The position numbers and the translations under genes were made by a program. DNA of 60,261 bases from Fibrobacteria bacterium (GTDB lineage Bacteria > Fibrobacterota > Fibrobacteria > UBA5070). A model generated the notes under the pieces. It was not told where the DNA came from, did not search any database, and was given only the letters and a program-made list of their open reading frames with translations. Where the stretch lies: assembly GCA_035604215.1 (NCBI GenBank), contig DATNIW010000104.1, positions 1-60,261 of the forward strand, read 5' to 3'. Positions 35,681 through 47,119 of this stretch are shown here, piece after piece (the first letter of the stretch is position 1; the number at the start of each line of letters is the position of its first letter).

Positions 35681-37519
35681 ATGGACATCGACATCCTTGT
35701 CATCGGCGGCGGCCACGCGGGCATAGAAGCGGCTTCGGCCGCGGCGCGCATGGGATGTTCCGTGGTCCTGGCCACGCAGGATCTGTCGGCCATCGGACGC
35801 ATGAGCTGCAACCCCGCCATCGGGGGGGTGGCCAAGGGCCAGTTGGTCAGGGAAATCGACGCCCTGGGAGGCCTGATGGGCCGCGCCGCCGACGTGAACG
35901 GCATCCATTTCCGCATGCTGAACTCCAGCCGGGGCGCGGCGGTGTGGGGCCCCCGCGCCCAGCAGGACATGGACGCCTACTCCCGCTGGATGCGCGACGC
36001 GTTGGAGCGGCACCCGGGGATCTCGCTCCTGGAATGCGAGGTGGTGGACTTGGATCCCGTGGACGGCGCATTCCGTCTGCGGTTGTCGGATGGACGGATC
36101 CTGACGGCCGCCAAGGTCGTGGCCACCACGGGGACCTTCGCGCGGGGAAGGCTTTTCCGGGGCGAGGAGGCCTGGGACGGCGGCCGGGTGGGCGAAGCCC
36201 CCTCCAAGGGACTCTCCGATTCGCTCCGACGCCTGGGTCTGGCACTCCGACGCCTGAAGACGGGCACGCCTCCGCGGCTCCGGCGTGATTCCATCGACTG
36301 GTCGCTGGCCGAACCCCAGGAGGGCGACGTCCGGCCCTGGCCCTTCTCCATTTTGACGGATTCCGTCCAAAATCGGATCCGGTGCCACATCGTGCGCACC
36401 GGTCCGCCCACGCACGACCGGCTGCGGGAGGGGTTTGCGCGAAGCCCCCTGTTCAACGGAGCCATCTCCGGAACGGGGCCGCGGTACTGCCCCTCCATCG
36501 AGGACAAGGTCGCGCGCTTCCCTGAACGCGACGGCCACCAGCTCTTCCTGGAGCCCGAGGGCCTGGAGAACGACCGCATCTACGTCAACGGCTTCTCCAG
36601 TTCGCTCCCTTCGGACGTCCAGGACGCGGCCCTGCGGACGATTCCCGCCCTGGCCGGATGCGAGGTGATCCGCTACGGGTACGCGGTGGAGTACGACGCC
36701 GTGGACGGAACCGCGCTCCACCCCACGCTCGAGGTGCGCGGGATACCCGGCCTCTACCTGGCCGGTCAGACCTGCGGGACCTCGGGCTACGAGGAGGCGG
36801 CGGCCCAGGGATTGGTGGCGGGCGCCAACGCGGCGCTGTCGATTTCCGGCAAGGATCCCTTCGTTCCCGAGCGGACCTCCAGCTACATCGGTGTCCTGGT
36901 CGACGACCTGACCAGCATCCCCCTGGTCGAGCCCTACCGGCTGTTCACCTCGAGGGCGGAGTACCGGCTGCATCTCCGCCACGACAACGCCGAAGCGAGG
37001 TTGACCCCCCTGGGACGCGAACTGGGGCTGGTGGACGACCTCCGCTGGGAGCGGCTCGTGGAGCGGGCGCGCGCCTGCGAGGGACTCCGCGCCGGGTTGG
37101 CCGCCCGCAAGCTGGAGCCCGACCGCCTCCGCGGTTTCCTGGAGTCTCGCGGGGAGTCCGTGCCGGAATCCGTCGTTCGGGCGGAGGCCATCGCCAGGCG
37201 CCCCCGCGTGGAGCTGGAGGACCTGGTCGCGGAGCTGGAGTTCCCCGACCTCCCCGACCGCATGGGCATCCTGGAAGTGGAGAGCGGTCTGCGCTACGAG
37301 GGCTTCTTCCTGCGCGAAGAAAGGGACATCGAGAGGGTGCGACGCCTGGGATCGAAGCCGTTTCCCGCCGATCTGGATTGGTCTTCGCTGGAGGGCGTCT
37401 CCATCGAGGCTCGGCAGGCATTGGCCAAGGAACGCCCGCTGACCTTGGCCCGCGCCGCGAAGCTGCCCGGCGTGCGTCCCGCGGATGTCGCCGTGCTGAT
37501 GATGCGGATCCATTCCTAG
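35681..37519 (+). CDS. mnmG: tRNA uridine-5-carboxymethylaminomethyl(34) synthesis enzyme MnmG (GidA)
   Basis: VIGGGHAGIEAA, MSCNPAIGG, RLKTGTPPRL, GPRYCPSIEDK, AGQ..GTSGYEEAAAQG, YRLFTSRAEYRL. Confidence 0.99.
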   Translation: MDIDILVIGGGHAGIEAASAAARMGCSVVLATQDLSAIGRMSCNPAIGGVAKGQLVREIDALGGLMGRAADVNGIHFRMLNSSRGAAVWGPRAQQDMDAYSRWMRDALERHPGISLLECEVVDLDPVDGAFRLRLSDGRILTAAKVVATTGTFARGRLFRGEEAWDGGRVGEAPSKGLSDSLRRLGLALRRLKTGTPPRLRRDSIDWSLAEPQEGDVRPWPFSILTDSVQNRIRCHIVRTGPPTHDRLREGFARSPLFNGAISGTGPRYCPSIEDKVARFPERDGHQLFLEPEGLENDRIYVNGFSSSLPSDVQDAALRTIPALAGCEVIRYGYAVEYDAVDGTALHPTLEVRGIPGLYLAGQTCGTSGYEEAAAQGLVAGANAALSISGKDPFVPERTSSYIGVLVDDLTSIPLVEPYRLFTSRAEYRLHLRHDNAEARLTPLGRELGLVDDLRWERLVERARACEGLRAGLAARKLEPDRLRGFLESRGESVPESVVRAEAIARRPRVELEDLVAELEFPDLPDRMGILEVESGLRYEGFFLREERDIERVRRLGSKPFPADLDWSSLEGVSIEARQALAKERPLTLARAAKLPGVRPADVAVLMMRIHS

Positions 37520-37532
37520 GTTCTCCGGCACC

Positions 37533-38687
37533 ATGCTCCGGGAATTGCCTCCCGTGCCGCGCCGGATCGCGTGGCTCCACTTCCTGAACGACCTGAGCCT
37601 GGATTTCCTCACGCCGCTGCTGCCCGCCGGAGTTGGGGTGGCGTGGATCGGAATCATGGAAGGTCTGGCGGACGCCACGGGCCAACTCCTGAAGGTCGCG
37701 TCGGGGAGGCGTTCCGACGCCACGGGCCGAAGGGTCCTCTGGGTCGGTTCCGGGTATGCGGCCAACGCGTTCGCGCGGCCATTGGCCGCCGTCGGTCTGG
37801 CGCTGGGCTGGCCGTTGTGGGTGGTGGTTTGTCGGATCGGCGACCGGGTGGGCAAGGGTTTGCGCGGTTCGGCCACCGACGCCTTGGTGGCCGATTGGAC
37901 CGAGGGCCGGATCAGGGAGCAGGCCTTCAACGCGATGCGCGTGCTGGACAACCTGGGCGCCACCGTCGGCGCGCTGCTGGCCGCCCTGGTGGCTTGGCTC
38001 GCGCCCGCCAGGATTCCATGGGCGGTGGGCTTGCTGGTGGTTCCCGCGCTTTGGGTGGCGTGGCTGTGCCGGGGTCTGCGCGACGCGCCGGTGATCGAAA
38101 TGGACAGGTCGAAGGCCGCTGCCCCGCCGACTCCAGGCTGGTGGCCGCGTTCGAGGGCATTGCAGATGCCGCTCCTGGCGCTCGCTCTCTCCTCCGCGGG
38201 CACGAAGTTGAGTCCACTCCTGGTTCTCTTGCCCGCGGTCGGGTTGTCCGCCGGTTCCATCCACCGCGCCCCGCTTTGGGCGCTCTGCCTCGGATGGGCC
38301 GCGTTGGGGTTGGTCCAGACCCTGGCGGCGACGGCGGCCGGTCCACTGCTTTCCCGACTGGGAGCGGCATGGCTTCTGCGGGTCGGATGGATCTTGGGGG
38401 CGGTGGCCTTCGCGGGTTTGGCCTGGGGCCACGGGGCCTGGTTGTGGTTGGCGGCACTCGGATGGGGCACTCTGTCGGGCGCGACCGAGGGGGCCGAAAA
38501 GGCGCTGCTGGCCGAACTCGCCCCGGCGAGCGAGCGAGCGCTGTCCTTTGGTGCCTTGGCACTTGTCTCCGCCCTGGGCGCTCTTGCCGGCAGCGGTCTT
38601 TGTGGTTTGGGCCTGGATCGGTGGGGAGCGGAGATTTTTTCGGTTCCCGCTCTATTGCTGATAATAGGATCTATAACTATTGTGTAA
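37533..38687 (+). CDS. MFS transporter
   Basis: GRRSDATGRR loop motif, GDRVGKGLRGS..DAL, FNAMRVLDNLGA; about 12 hydrophobic segments. Confidence 0.88.
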   Translation: MLRELPPVPRRIAWLHFLNDLSLDFLTPLLPAGVGVAWIGIMEGLADATGQLLKVASGRRSDATGRRVLWVGSGYAANAFARPLAAVGLALGWPLWVVVCRIGDRVGKGLRGSATDALVADWTEGRIREQAFNAMRVLDNLGATVGALLAALVAWLAPARIPWAVGLLVVPALWVAWLCRGLRDAPVIEMDRSKAAAPPTPGWWPRSRALQMPLLALALSSAGTKLSPLLVLLPAVGLSAGSIHRAPLWALCLGWAALGLVQTLAATAAGPLLSRLGAAWLLRVGWILGAVAFAGLAWGHGAWLWLAALGWGTLSGATEGAEKALLAELAPASERALSFGALALVSALGALAGSGLCGLGLDRWGAEIFSVPALLLIIGSITIV

Positions 38688-38808
38688 AACTGTATCGATT
38701 CTCCGTTTCCGTTTTGGCCATATTCAAACGGATCCCTGCCGCAGGTTCTCCGGCAAGAAGTTTTCTCTGGATTCCCGAGCAAATGGCATTTGGACGTTTG
38801 GAGCGTAT

Positions 38809-38843
38809 CGGACTTGAATCCGAGTCCGAAAAGACGTTAAATT
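38809..38843 (+). promoter_or_regulatory. Candidate promoter with palindrome upstream of giant adhesin
   Basis: TTGAAT (38814-19), 18 bp, TAAATT (38838-43); CGGACT-N8-AGTCCG inverted repeat (38809-38828) over the -35; AT-rich region. Confidence 0.45.
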
Positions 38844-39000
38844 TTTGGGTGATTGCTCAGCCAAGGATGTTCCCCGCCTGCCCTGGAGGCCGTGTACTCG
38901 CGGTGCGAACGTGTTTTCCACCAATGCTCTGCGCGAGGCCCCTGCGAATTTGATGCGTGGTACTTTCCAGGTATCGTTGCTCCCACGAAGGATTATCCAA

Positions 39001-42000
39001 ATGTCGCCAAACAGAGATCCGATCAGCCGGGGGGGAATCATCCCAGTTCTCCTGTTCTCTGGGGTTGCCAGTTTCTGTTGGGGGGCGACAAGCGTTGACC
39101 TGAGCCAGTTCACGCCAGCGAACAGCATCATCGGCTATTCCGTGTACACGTCGGACTCGATCAACCTCCCCAACCAGTCCGGACTCGCCGACGGAGGACT
39201 GTTCGGTTCCGGGGGAGGGATCATCCTTGGTTCCGGGATGAAACTCCGCGCGCCATATGTCGGAGCGGGGCACAATCTGTCCATCGGTCCGAACGTCAGC
39301 GACAGCTTCAACCTGCCGAAGACGGATGTGGGGAACAATCTGTACCTGGGGAGCTCGACGTTGTCGGACTCGCTGATCCAGGTGGGAGACACCCTCTCCT
39401 TCGGGGGACAGCCCATCGTTCTTTCCGGCGCATCCACCTCCGCGGGCACCTTCGCCAACATGGTCGCCGGCGACGCAGTGACGAACCAGATCCACACCTC
39501 GAACATGGGGCCTCCGCTCCAGGTGGCCAACACCTCGCTGCCGGGGTACACGATCGCCGGGTACGCTCCTCCGACGACCCCGCCGAACCTGGACCTCTCC
39601 GGACCTGCGACCACGACCAACCCCGTGGCGACCTTCCTGTCGCCGACCTCCACCACGGCGTACTACTGGAACTGTTCGACCGCGGGACTGCCTGCGGGTT
39701 CCTGCCATGGTGACACATTGCTTCCCGGCTACTACGGAGACCTGAACGTCACCGGGAACCAACAAGCCATTCTTCTGACGGAAGGGTTCTACTCCTTCAC
39801 ATCCATCGAACTCAGCGGTGGGAACGCGATCATCGCCGCCCAGCCCACGGGTGGGCGTACGGTGGTCTACGCCTCGGGCAACGTGACGGCCAGTTCCTCC
39901 CACGCCTTCATCGGCCCCGATGGTGGTCGTCTGGCCACCGCCTTCGGGAGCGGGCCGGGCCAGTTCCTGGGCGGCACGATGATGCTGGCCAGCGGAGGAA
40001 ACATCGTGATCCCCAGCGACAACCGCATCTGGGCCACCATTTCCGCGCCCAAGGGCGACGTCCACCTTTCCAGCCAGGTCACACTGTTCGGACAATTGTT
40101 CGCGAAACGGCTGTTCGGCGACAACAACATCGATTTCGGCGCCGGAGCCTTCATCCCCTTCCGGGGTCTGGTGCCCACGCTCATCGGTCTCACCAACTTC
40201 ACCGTCAAGTCCAAGACGGACACCTCCTGCCACGACGCGACCGGCAAGCCCTGCCGGGACACCACCCTCACCGTGTCCATGCCCAACACCACGGCCTATC
40301 CGGTGATCTTCGAATGGTTCACGGTGGCGATGCCCGCAGGGATCGGCCACGCCGGACCGGGTCTGAATTTCAAGGTGGACAGCGGCTGGGACACGATCCA
40401 GCCCCAAGGACTCACCGCACCCGTCACTGTTCGCATCTACAACGACTCGTCCTACGCGCCGCCGGAAAGCCTGTGGGTGGTCCTGACCAACGCCACGGCG
40501 GCCGGTTTCGCCAACAAGAGCGGCGTCCTGGACACCACATTGAGGGCCGACACCGTGGTGGGGGTGATCGTCAACGACAACCAGCCCCCCCTGATCCGCA
40601 TCCAGAGAGCCTCCCCGCGCGACTCCTTCCCCGAGGGGAATTCGGTCACGAGGCCGGAAGCCTTCACGGTGACCTTGCTGGACCCGGTCACGGGGCTTCC
40701 CCTCACCTCCAGGCTGGCGCCCCAACTGCCCGTCCTGTTCGAATGGGGAACTTCGGACGGGACGGCCACGGTGGCGAACAACGACTATCTCCCGGTGTCG
40801 GGTCGGTGGGACACCATCGCCGCCAACGCGGTGTCCACGACGGTTTCCGTCCAAGTCGTGGGAGACACCGTCTACGAGCCCGACGAATGGTTCCTGGTCC
40901 ACATCGACTCCCTGGTGCACGCGATCAAGACCAGCGCGAACGGACACCGGAGCCTGCTCTCCGACACGGGCTGGATCACCAACGACGACGTTCCCCCCGT
41001 CTGGATCTCGGGCGACACCGTCCAGCAGCCCGCCAGCGGATTCGTGAACGCCCGCTTTCCCGTCCACCTCGCGGGCCCGAGCAAGGTGGCGACCTCCTTC
41101 GTCTGGCGCACCGCCCCGGGAACGGCGGTGCCCGGCCTGAACTACACGGCCGTCGACTCCACCGTCGTGGTTCTTCCTCCGGGCACCACCGACACCGCGT
41201 TGGTTGTGCGGGTCCTGGCGGACTCGCTGGCCGGCGAGGGCGTGCAGACGTTCCAGGTGGTCCTTTCCCACCTGAGCGGGCTCACCTTCGGGAACGGAAA
41301 CGCGACGGGAACCATCCTCCCCGCGCACGGGTCGCTCTCCCTGGCCTTGGATTCGGTGGGACGCGTGGTGGAATCCGACACCACGGTCCATTTCCATCTG
41401 AGCCTGGACTGGTATCCGGCGGACACCGTGCGGGTGGTGTTCCACACCGTCTCGCTCGGGGCGCATCCGGGCGAGCAGTATCGCGACACCACCGGCGTCC
41501 TGCTCTTCCTGCCCGGACAGCGGCTGGATTCCATCCCCGTGTCCATCTTCCAGGACACGGTGTGGGAACCCGACCTCTCCTTCGAGTTGCGCCTGGATTC
41601 CGTGGTTTCCCGCATCCCCCTGGTGACGGATTCTGTTGGGCTGGCCACGCTGACGGACGGAGGCCCGATCCCCACGGTCCAGTTCACCACCCGCGACACG
41701 GCCCTCTACGAGCACAAGGCCGGCACCGTCCAGGTCCAGGTGGCGCTCTCGCGCCCCTCCGGCGTCGCCCTCTCCACCCTGATTCCGGTGCTTCCGGCCA
41801 GCACCGCGGCCCTCGGGACCAATTTCACCTTCTCGAAGCTCGCGGGCGACACGCTGACATTCCCGGCCCGTTCCGAGACCGGCCTGTTCGCGGTGGTGGT
41901 GATCCCCAACGGGGTCCTGGGTCCCGACCGCGAGGTGGTCCTGGGCCTCTCCCCCTTCGCTCCGCTGGGCAAGGGCGCGGATTCCGTGTGGACCCTGACC

Positions 42001-43947
42001 ATCATCGACGACAACGCGATTCCAAACGTGAAGATCACCTCGCCTCGCGACAGCCTGCGCACCAGACAGATCGTCCAGAACATCTGCTACACGGTGGACG
42101 GCGTGGCCCAGCCCTGCAAGGATTCCACCTTGACTCCCGGGTGGGACACCATCACCCGCTGCTCCACCAACCAATTCGGGAACACCGGCTGCGACACGGT
42201 GCACGTGTGGGTGGACACCACTCCTCCGGTCCTGCAGGTCTTCAAGATCATGGGACCCAACACCCACAACCCCGCCCTGGACACGACCTGGTGGGGAAAG
42301 ACGGCCCGCACCCGGTTCGGCGTGGACACCGTCTGGTACTGGGTGCGCGACTCCATCGAGAACCCGGACCACACCTGGCGGGTCCTGGTCGACACGTTCA
42401 GCATCCCCACGAACTTCAAGGGCGACGGACTGTACCCGGTACCCGCCCGTTACTGCGATTCGGTGGGGAACTGCGCCGAGGACACGGGTTGGATCAGCCT
42501 CAAGCAATCCCTCCCCATCGTGGACATCGTCACGCCGCCGGAAGGAGCCGTGGTCCAGATCGGGGAAATCGGGGTGATCTGGACCGTGGACAATGCCGGC
42601 CCTCACCTGCAACTGCAGGACACCCACGACGTGACCACGCCCGGCGTGGACACCGTGACGCGCTGCTACACGGACGACGTGGGAAACACGGGCTGCGACA
42701 CCCACCACATCCTGGCCAACCCGATCCAGGCCTTGTCCGGATACTACCTGGACACCAACGGAGACGGGCGCATCGACGCCCTGGTGGTCAACCTGAGTTC
42801 GCCCTGGACACTGCCCCTCCTGCCGTCCTTCACCGCGCCCCTGGACAGCGCGGTGCGCACCGGCCAGTCGCCCGACTCCGCAAGGCCCTTCTACAAGCGG
42901 CCGGGGGCGGTCCTGGTGGACAGCACCCGGCTCCTGGTCCCCATCGATCCTCCCTTCGCCTACGGAGTCACCGGCTTTCCGGTGCAAACGGGAATCATGC
43001 AGGAGATCTGGAGCTCCGGTCTTGGAAACGTGGTGTTCAAGGACTCGTTCCCCATCTACGACAGCGTGCCTCCCGTGATCCGCTCGGCGACCATCCACCG
43101 GGTGGAGAACTACACGGACCCGGACACCCTGGTGGTTGTGCCTTCCGAGCCGTTGGACCTGTCCAAGGCGAAGGACTGGCTCCAGGTGGGCATCTGCAAG
43201 AACGACTCCGCGACCTGCCCCGATTCGCTCCTGGCCTGGCACACCGTCCCAGCGGATTCCGTCCACGCGATGGGTGATTCCGCCTGGTGGTTCCTGGTGC
43301 CTCCCGGTCAGCCCGGTTCGGTGTCTCCGGGATACAAGCTGCGCTTCCTGGCCGGGGTGACCGATTCCCTGGGAAACCAGGTGGACACGGCCAACCTGCA
43401 CTGGGCCACCGTGGTCCAGGGACCTCCACGCCCGCCGCTCCTGCAGGTATCGGAGCCTGGGAAGATTCCGTACATCCCGTCCAGCGAGCAGAACCGGTCG
43501 GGACCCGGCGGGATCCTGCTCCAGGCGACCGACGGCTCGGAGAACGCCGATTCCACGAACCTGCAATGGTGGGACCCCAACCGGGGATACCTGACCAGCT
43601 CCGACCCCCAGGTGCAGGCCGTCTGTCCGGACGACGGGAATTATTGCAACGGTCCCAGCCTCTACCTGAACTACCCGGTCCGGATGATCCTGTACATCTA
43701 CGACCACGAAGGAGTCTTCGTGATCTCCAAGACGGTTGACATCACGCAGGCAAACCTGGATGCCCTGAAGGGCGACAAGATCGGCCGGGTGCGGATCTCG
43801 CTCCGGTGGAACCACCGAACGATCGCCGGCCAGGTGGTGGCATCCGGGGTCTACCATTGGCGCGTGATCAGCTATGTGCACATCCCCGGAAATCCGGTTC
43901 CGGTGATGGACAACGAGTTGTTCAACCTGGGAGTGAAGGTGCAGTAG
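39001..43947 (+). CDS. Giant secreted adhesin-like protein (beta-solenoid head, ~5 Calx-beta repeats, Cys-paired Ig-like repeats, DTNGDG motif, FlgD/T9SS-like C-terminus)
   Basis: Signal peptide from ATG 39001; repeats ending I.NDN/ITNDD/IIDDN with GTA...DY; C..D..GN..C repeats; [11 protein letters not shown]; [18 protein letters not shown]; 1648 aa. Confidence 0.85.
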   Translation: MSPNRDPISRGGIIPVLLFSGVASFCWGATSVDLSQFTPANSIIGYSVYTSDSINLPNQSGLADGGLFGSGGGIILGSGMKLRAPYVGAGHNLSIGPNVSDSFNLPKTDVGNNLYLGSSTLSDSLIQVGDTLSFGGQPIVLSGASTSAGTFANMVAGDAVTNQIHTSNMGPPLQVANTSLPGYTIAGYAPPTTPPNLDLSGPATTTNPVATFLSPTSTTAYYWNCSTAGLPAGSCHGDTLLPGYYGDLNVTGNQQAILLTEGFYSFTSIELSGGNAIIAAQPTGGRTVVYASGNVTASSSHAFIGPDGGRLATAFGSGPGQFLGGTMMLASGGNIVIPSDNRIWATISAPKGDVHLSSQVTLFGQLFAKRLFGDNNIDFGAGAFIPFRGLVPTLIGLTNFTVKSKTDTSCHDATGKPCRDTTLTVSMPNTTAYPVIFEWFTVAMPAGIGHAGPGLNFKVDSGWDTIQPQGLTAPVTVRIYNDSSYAPPESLWVVLTNATAAGFANKSGVLDTTLRADTVVGVIVNDNQPPLIRIQRASPRDSFPEGNSVTRPEAFTVTLLDPVTGLPLTSRLAPQLPVLFEWGTSDGTATVANNDYLPVSGRWDTIAANAVSTTVSVQVVGDTVYEPDEWFLVHIDSLVHAIKTSANGHRSLLSDTGWITNDDVPPVWISGDTVQQPASGFVNARFPVHLAGPSKVATSFVWRTAPGTAVPGLNYTAVDSTVVVLPPGTTDTALVVRVLADSLAGEGVQTFQVVLSHLSGLTFGNGNATGTILPAHGSLSLALDSVGRVVESDTTVHFHLSLDWYPADTVRVVFHTVSLGAHPGEQYRDTTGVLLFLPGQRLDSIPVSIFQDTVWEPDLSFELRLDSVVSRIPLVTDSVGLATLTDGGPIPTVQFTTRDTALYEHKAGTVQVQVALSRPSGVALSTLIPVLPASTAALGTNFTFSKLAGDTLTFPARSETGLFAVVVIPNGVLGPDREVVLGLSPFAPLGKGADSVWTLTIIDDNAIPNVKITSPRDSLRTRQIVQNICYTVDGVAQPCKDSTLTPGWDTITRCSTNQFGNTGCDTVHVWVDTTPPVLQVFKIMGPNTHNPALDTTWWGKTARTRFGVDTVWYWVRDSIENPDHTWRVLVDTFSIPTNFKGDGLYPVPARYCDSVGNCAEDTGWISLKQSLPIVDIVTPPEGAVVQIGEIGVIWTVDNAGPHLQLQDTHDVTTPGVDTVTRCYTDDVGNTGCDTHHILANPIQALSGYYLDTNGDGRIDALVVNLSSPWTLPLLPSFTAPLDSAVRTGQSPDSARPFYKRPGAVLVDSTRLLVPIDPPFAYGVTGFPVQTGIMQEIWSSGLGNVVFKDSFPIYDSVPPVIRSATIHRVENYTDPDTLVVVPSEPLDLSKAKDWLQVGICKNDSATCPDSLLAWHTVPADSVHAMGDSAWWFLVPPGQPGSVSPGYKLRFLAGVTDSLGNQVDTANLHWATVVQGPPRPPLLQVSEPGKIPYIPSSEQNRSGPGGILLQATDGSENADSTNLQWWDPNRGYLTSSDPQVQAVCPDDGNYCNGPSLYLNYPVRMILYIYDHEGVFVISKTVDITQANLDALKGDKIGRVRISLRWNHRTIAGQVVASGVYHWRVISYVHIPGNPVPVMDNELFNLGVKVQ

Positions 43948-43984
43948 TTCGCGAACCCGGCCCCGGTCTCCCGAATATCGGAGA

Positions 43985-46915
43985 ATGGGTTCCGTGAGTG
44001 GGATCGCTGAGAGCTTCAACCCGAGGTTCCTGTTCGAGGAGAACCCTTCCAGCCGACGTTCGATGGTCCGGCTCCTCTACGCCATATTGATCCCGGTTTC
44101 GTGCATCGCACTCGGTCTCAGGACGCGAGGCCCCCATGTGGATTGGACCCCCGTCGCCGCCATCCTTGGGCTCGCGCTTTCCATGCTCGTCCAGTCCGCC
44201 CTCCGCAAATCTCCGACGACGTTCGACTGGATCCTGTCCCTCTCGCTGGTGCCGGCGCTCTGCGGGGCCATCGTGGGTCTGGCCACCGGCGAATCGGGAA
44301 TGCTCTTCCAGGCCTTGCTGATCGGACCCATCCTCTTCGCCGCGGTCCAATTTCCGGTTGCCGTCTGCTGGACCACGTGGAGTTTCGCGATGGCGGTCGT
44401 CTTCGGGGTGGTCTGGAAGGAAACCGGGGACCCGATGTCCCTGGCCGCCACGACGTTGCTGTTCGGAGCCAAGAGCGGCATCGTCTGCGGTGTCGTGTTC
44501 TCGAAGGCGGAATCGCTCCGCCGCCAGTCGGCCTTGTTGCGCGAACGGGACGCCCGTTGGAATTCGCTGTTCACGGCGCTGTCCGAAGGCGTCGTCTTCC
44601 ACGACGCGTCGGGTCGGATCGTCGAATGCAACCTCGCTGCGGAGAAGATCCTGGGGATGGACAGGGACCAGGTGCTCGGGCGCACCTCCGTGGATCCCCC
44701 GTGGCGCTCCGTCCGCGAGGACGGGTCGAACCTCCCGGGGCAGGAGCACCCCGCGATGCGCACACTGGCAAGCGGAAAGCCGGTCCACGACGTGGCGATG
44801 GGCATCGAGAAACCGGACGGCACCAGGACGTTGATCCGGGTCAACGCGGAGCCCATCGTCGATCCCGCGAGCGGGAGAATCACCTCCGTGGTCACTTCCT
44901 TCCACGACGTGACGGAACAGAGGCACACGCGCAGGCAGTTCGAACAGGTGTACCGCAGGAATCCGACGGCGATGCTGCTGACCTCCAAGGCGACGAGGGC
45001 GTTCATCGACGTGAACGACGCCTTCACGGAGCTGTTCGGATTCTCCACGGAGGAGATGGAGGGGAAGACCAACGACGACCTGGGCATCTTCTCGCCCGGC
45101 GCCGACCGCCAGCGGTTCTTCGAACAGATGGAGACGAAGGGATCCCTGCGGGACATGGAGATCGGCATGCGCGACAAGGAGGGACGTCCGATGGACGTTC
45201 TCGTGTCCAGCGAGGTCCTCTACCTGCTTGGCAAGCCGGTCATCCTCAGTTCGATCGTGGACATCACCGACCGCAAGCGGATGGAGCGGGAGCTGCAGGA
45301 GGTCAACCACCACCTGGAAGCCCAGACGGCGCGCGCCAACGCCATGGCCGCCCAGGCCGACGAGGCGAACCAGGCCAAGAGCGCCTTCCTGGCCACGATG
45401 AGCCACGAGATCCGCACCCCCATGAACGGCGTCATCGGGATGGCCGATCTCCTGCTGGCAAGTTCCCTCGACGGCCAGCAGGAACACTACGCGCAGATCG
45501 TGAAGAGCAGCGGCGAGTCCCTTCTCTCCCTCATCAACGACATCCTGGACTTTTCGAAGATCGAGGCGGGAAAGCTCCTGTTGGAATCCATCGAGTTCGA
45601 TCTGCACGAGGTCCTGGACGGCTGCGTGGAAGCGGCGGGCATCCAGGCGGGGGCGAAGGGGCTGTCCTTGGACCTCGCGGTGGATCCTCGCATTCCGCGT
45701 TCGGTGTTCGGCGATCCGGTCCGGCTGCGCCAGATTTTGACAAATCTGGTCGGGAACGCGCTGAAGTTCACCGAGAAGGGAGGGATCGGCGTCTCGTGCG
45801 GCATCGTGTCGCAGGGGGCGGACTCCTGCGTCGTGCGGATCTCGGTGGCGGACACCGGCATCGGAATCCCTCCCGACAAGCAGGAACGGCTGTTCCGCAA
45901 GTTCAGCCAGGTGGACGCTTCCACCACCAGGCAGTATGGCGGAACTGGCCTGGGACTCGCCATTTCCCGGCAGCTCGCGGAATTGATGGACGGGGAGATC
46001 GGGGTGGAAAGCGCGGCCGGAAGCGGCGCCACCTTCTGGTTCACGGCCGTTTTCGGGATCCGGGCCGGGAGCGACGCCACAACAGGTTCGTCCCGCGAAC
46101 CGGAGCCCTCGCCGGAGTCTCCGCACCGGGAGGCTCTGGGGGCCAGGATCCTGCTCGTGGAAGACGTTCCGGTGAACCAGGAGGTCGCCGTCGGGATCCT
46201 CCGCCACCTGGGATTCGATTCCGTGCGGGTCTGCGGCAACGGCAAACTCGCGATCCGCGCCTTGGAGCGGGAAATGTTCGATCTGGTCCTGATGGACGTG
46301 CAGATGCCGGAAATGGATGGACTGCAGGCGACGCGCATCATCCGGGATCGGGGCTCCGCGGTTCTCCAGCACTGGATTCCCATCGTGGCCATGACCGCCA
46401 ACGCGATGTCCGAAGATCGCGCGCGGTGCCTGGAGGCCGGGATGGACGACCACCTCTCCAAGCCCATTTCGCCGAACGCCCTGGCGAGGCTGCTGGACAA
46501 GTGGCTGGTCGGCAACCTCGTCGAATTCGGAAAACTCGCGGTACCTCCGGCCCGGCGGAGTCCGGTCGACCCGGAGAATGCGGCGGTATTCGACTATCCG
46601 GCGATGCTGGAGCGGGTCATGGGCGACGAAGATCTCGCCAGGGCGGTCATGGACACCTTCGTCCAGGAAATGCCCAGCCTCCTGGAAACGCTGAAGCAGA
46701 GCCTGTGCGATGGCGACCTCGGGAGGATCGAGCTGTACGCGCACTCCATCAAGGGAGCGGCGGCGAATCTCGGAATGGACAGGTCCAGCAATGCCGCCTG
46801 CCGGATCGAAGCCGCGGCGAAGGCGAAGGATCCGGCTTGTGCCGCCGCGGGACTTCCCGAACTGGAAAGGGAGTTGGCGTCCGCCTTCTCCGAGATCGGC
46901 AGGATGAGATCCTGA
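43985..46915 (+). CDS. Membrane hybrid sensor kinase (TM-PAS-PAS-HisKA-HATPase-REC-Hpt)
   Basis: [62 protein letters not shown]. Confidence 0.95.
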   Translation: MGSVSGIAESFNPRFLFEENPSSRRSMVRLLYAILIPVSCIALGLRTRGPHVDWTPVAAILGLALSMLVQSALRKSPTTFDWILSLSLVPALCGAIVGLATGESGMLFQALLIGPILFAAVQFPVAVCWTTWSFAMAVVFGVVWKETGDPMSLAATTLLFGAKSGIVCGVVFSKAESLRRQSALLRERDARWNSLFTALSEGVVFHDASGRIVECNLAAEKILGMDRDQVLGRTSVDPPWRSVREDGSNLPGQEHPAMRTLASGKPVHDVAMGIEKPDGTRTLIRVNAEPIVDPASGRITSVVTSFHDVTEQRHTRRQFEQVYRRNPTAMLLTSKATRAFIDVNDAFTELFGFSTEEMEGKTNDDLGIFSPGADRQRFFEQMETKGSLRDMEIGMRDKEGRPMDVLVSSEVLYLLGKPVILSSIVDITDRKRMERELQEVNHHLEAQTARANAMAAQADEANQAKSAFLATMSHEIRTPMNGVIGMADLLLASSLDGQQEHYAQIVKSSGESLLSLINDILDFSKIEAGKLLLESIEFDLHEVLDGCVEAAGIQAGAKGLSLDLAVDPRIPRSVFGDPVRLRQILTNLVGNALKFTEKGGIGVSCGIVSQGADSCVVRISVADTGIGIPPDKQERLFRKFSQVDASTTRQYGGTGLGLAISRQLAELMDGEIGVESAAGSGATFWFTAVFGIRAGSDATTGSSREPEPSPESPHREALGARILLVEDVPVNQEVAVGILRHLGFDSVRVCGNGKLAIRALEREMFDLVLMDVQMPEMDGLQATRIIRDRGSAVLQHWIPIVAMTANAMSEDRARCLEAGMDDHLSKPISPNALARLLDKWLVGNLVEFGKLAVPPARRSPVDPENAAVFDYPAMLERVMGDEDLARAVMDTFVQEMPSLLETLKQSLCDGDLGRIELYAHSIKGAAANLGMDRSSNAACRIEAAAKAKDPACAAAGLPELERELASAFSEIGRMRS

Positions 46916-46933
46916 ACCCCGGTGCGGGCTCTG

Positions 46934-47119
46934 CTACTCCGGAGGGAGAAGCCACCAGAGCAGCAGGTACGCGACCACCACGGGAACCGTGGCGGCTCCG
47001 GTGAAGGCGAGAACACCTGCGGCGACCCTGACCCACAGAGGGTCGGTCCCCCACGACTCGGCCAGTCCCGCGCAGACGCCGGCGATCTTCCTGTCCTTTG
47101 ACCTGTGCGGTGCGCTCAT
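46934..47119 (-). CDS. PspC-domain protein
   Basis: RSKDRKIAGVCAGLAESWGTDPLWVRV...AYLLLWWLLP; 61 aa. Confidence 0.9.
   Translation of the reverse strand: MSAPHRSKDRKIAGVCAGLAESWGTDPLWVRVAAGVLAFTGAATVPVVVAYLLLWWLLPPE

Noticed and set aside
43985-46915. Hybrid PAS kinase as a novel system
   Set aside because: Common TM-PAS-PAS-HK-REC-Hpt architecture, on the opposite strand from the DGC operon, with no evidence of linkage beyond proximity.
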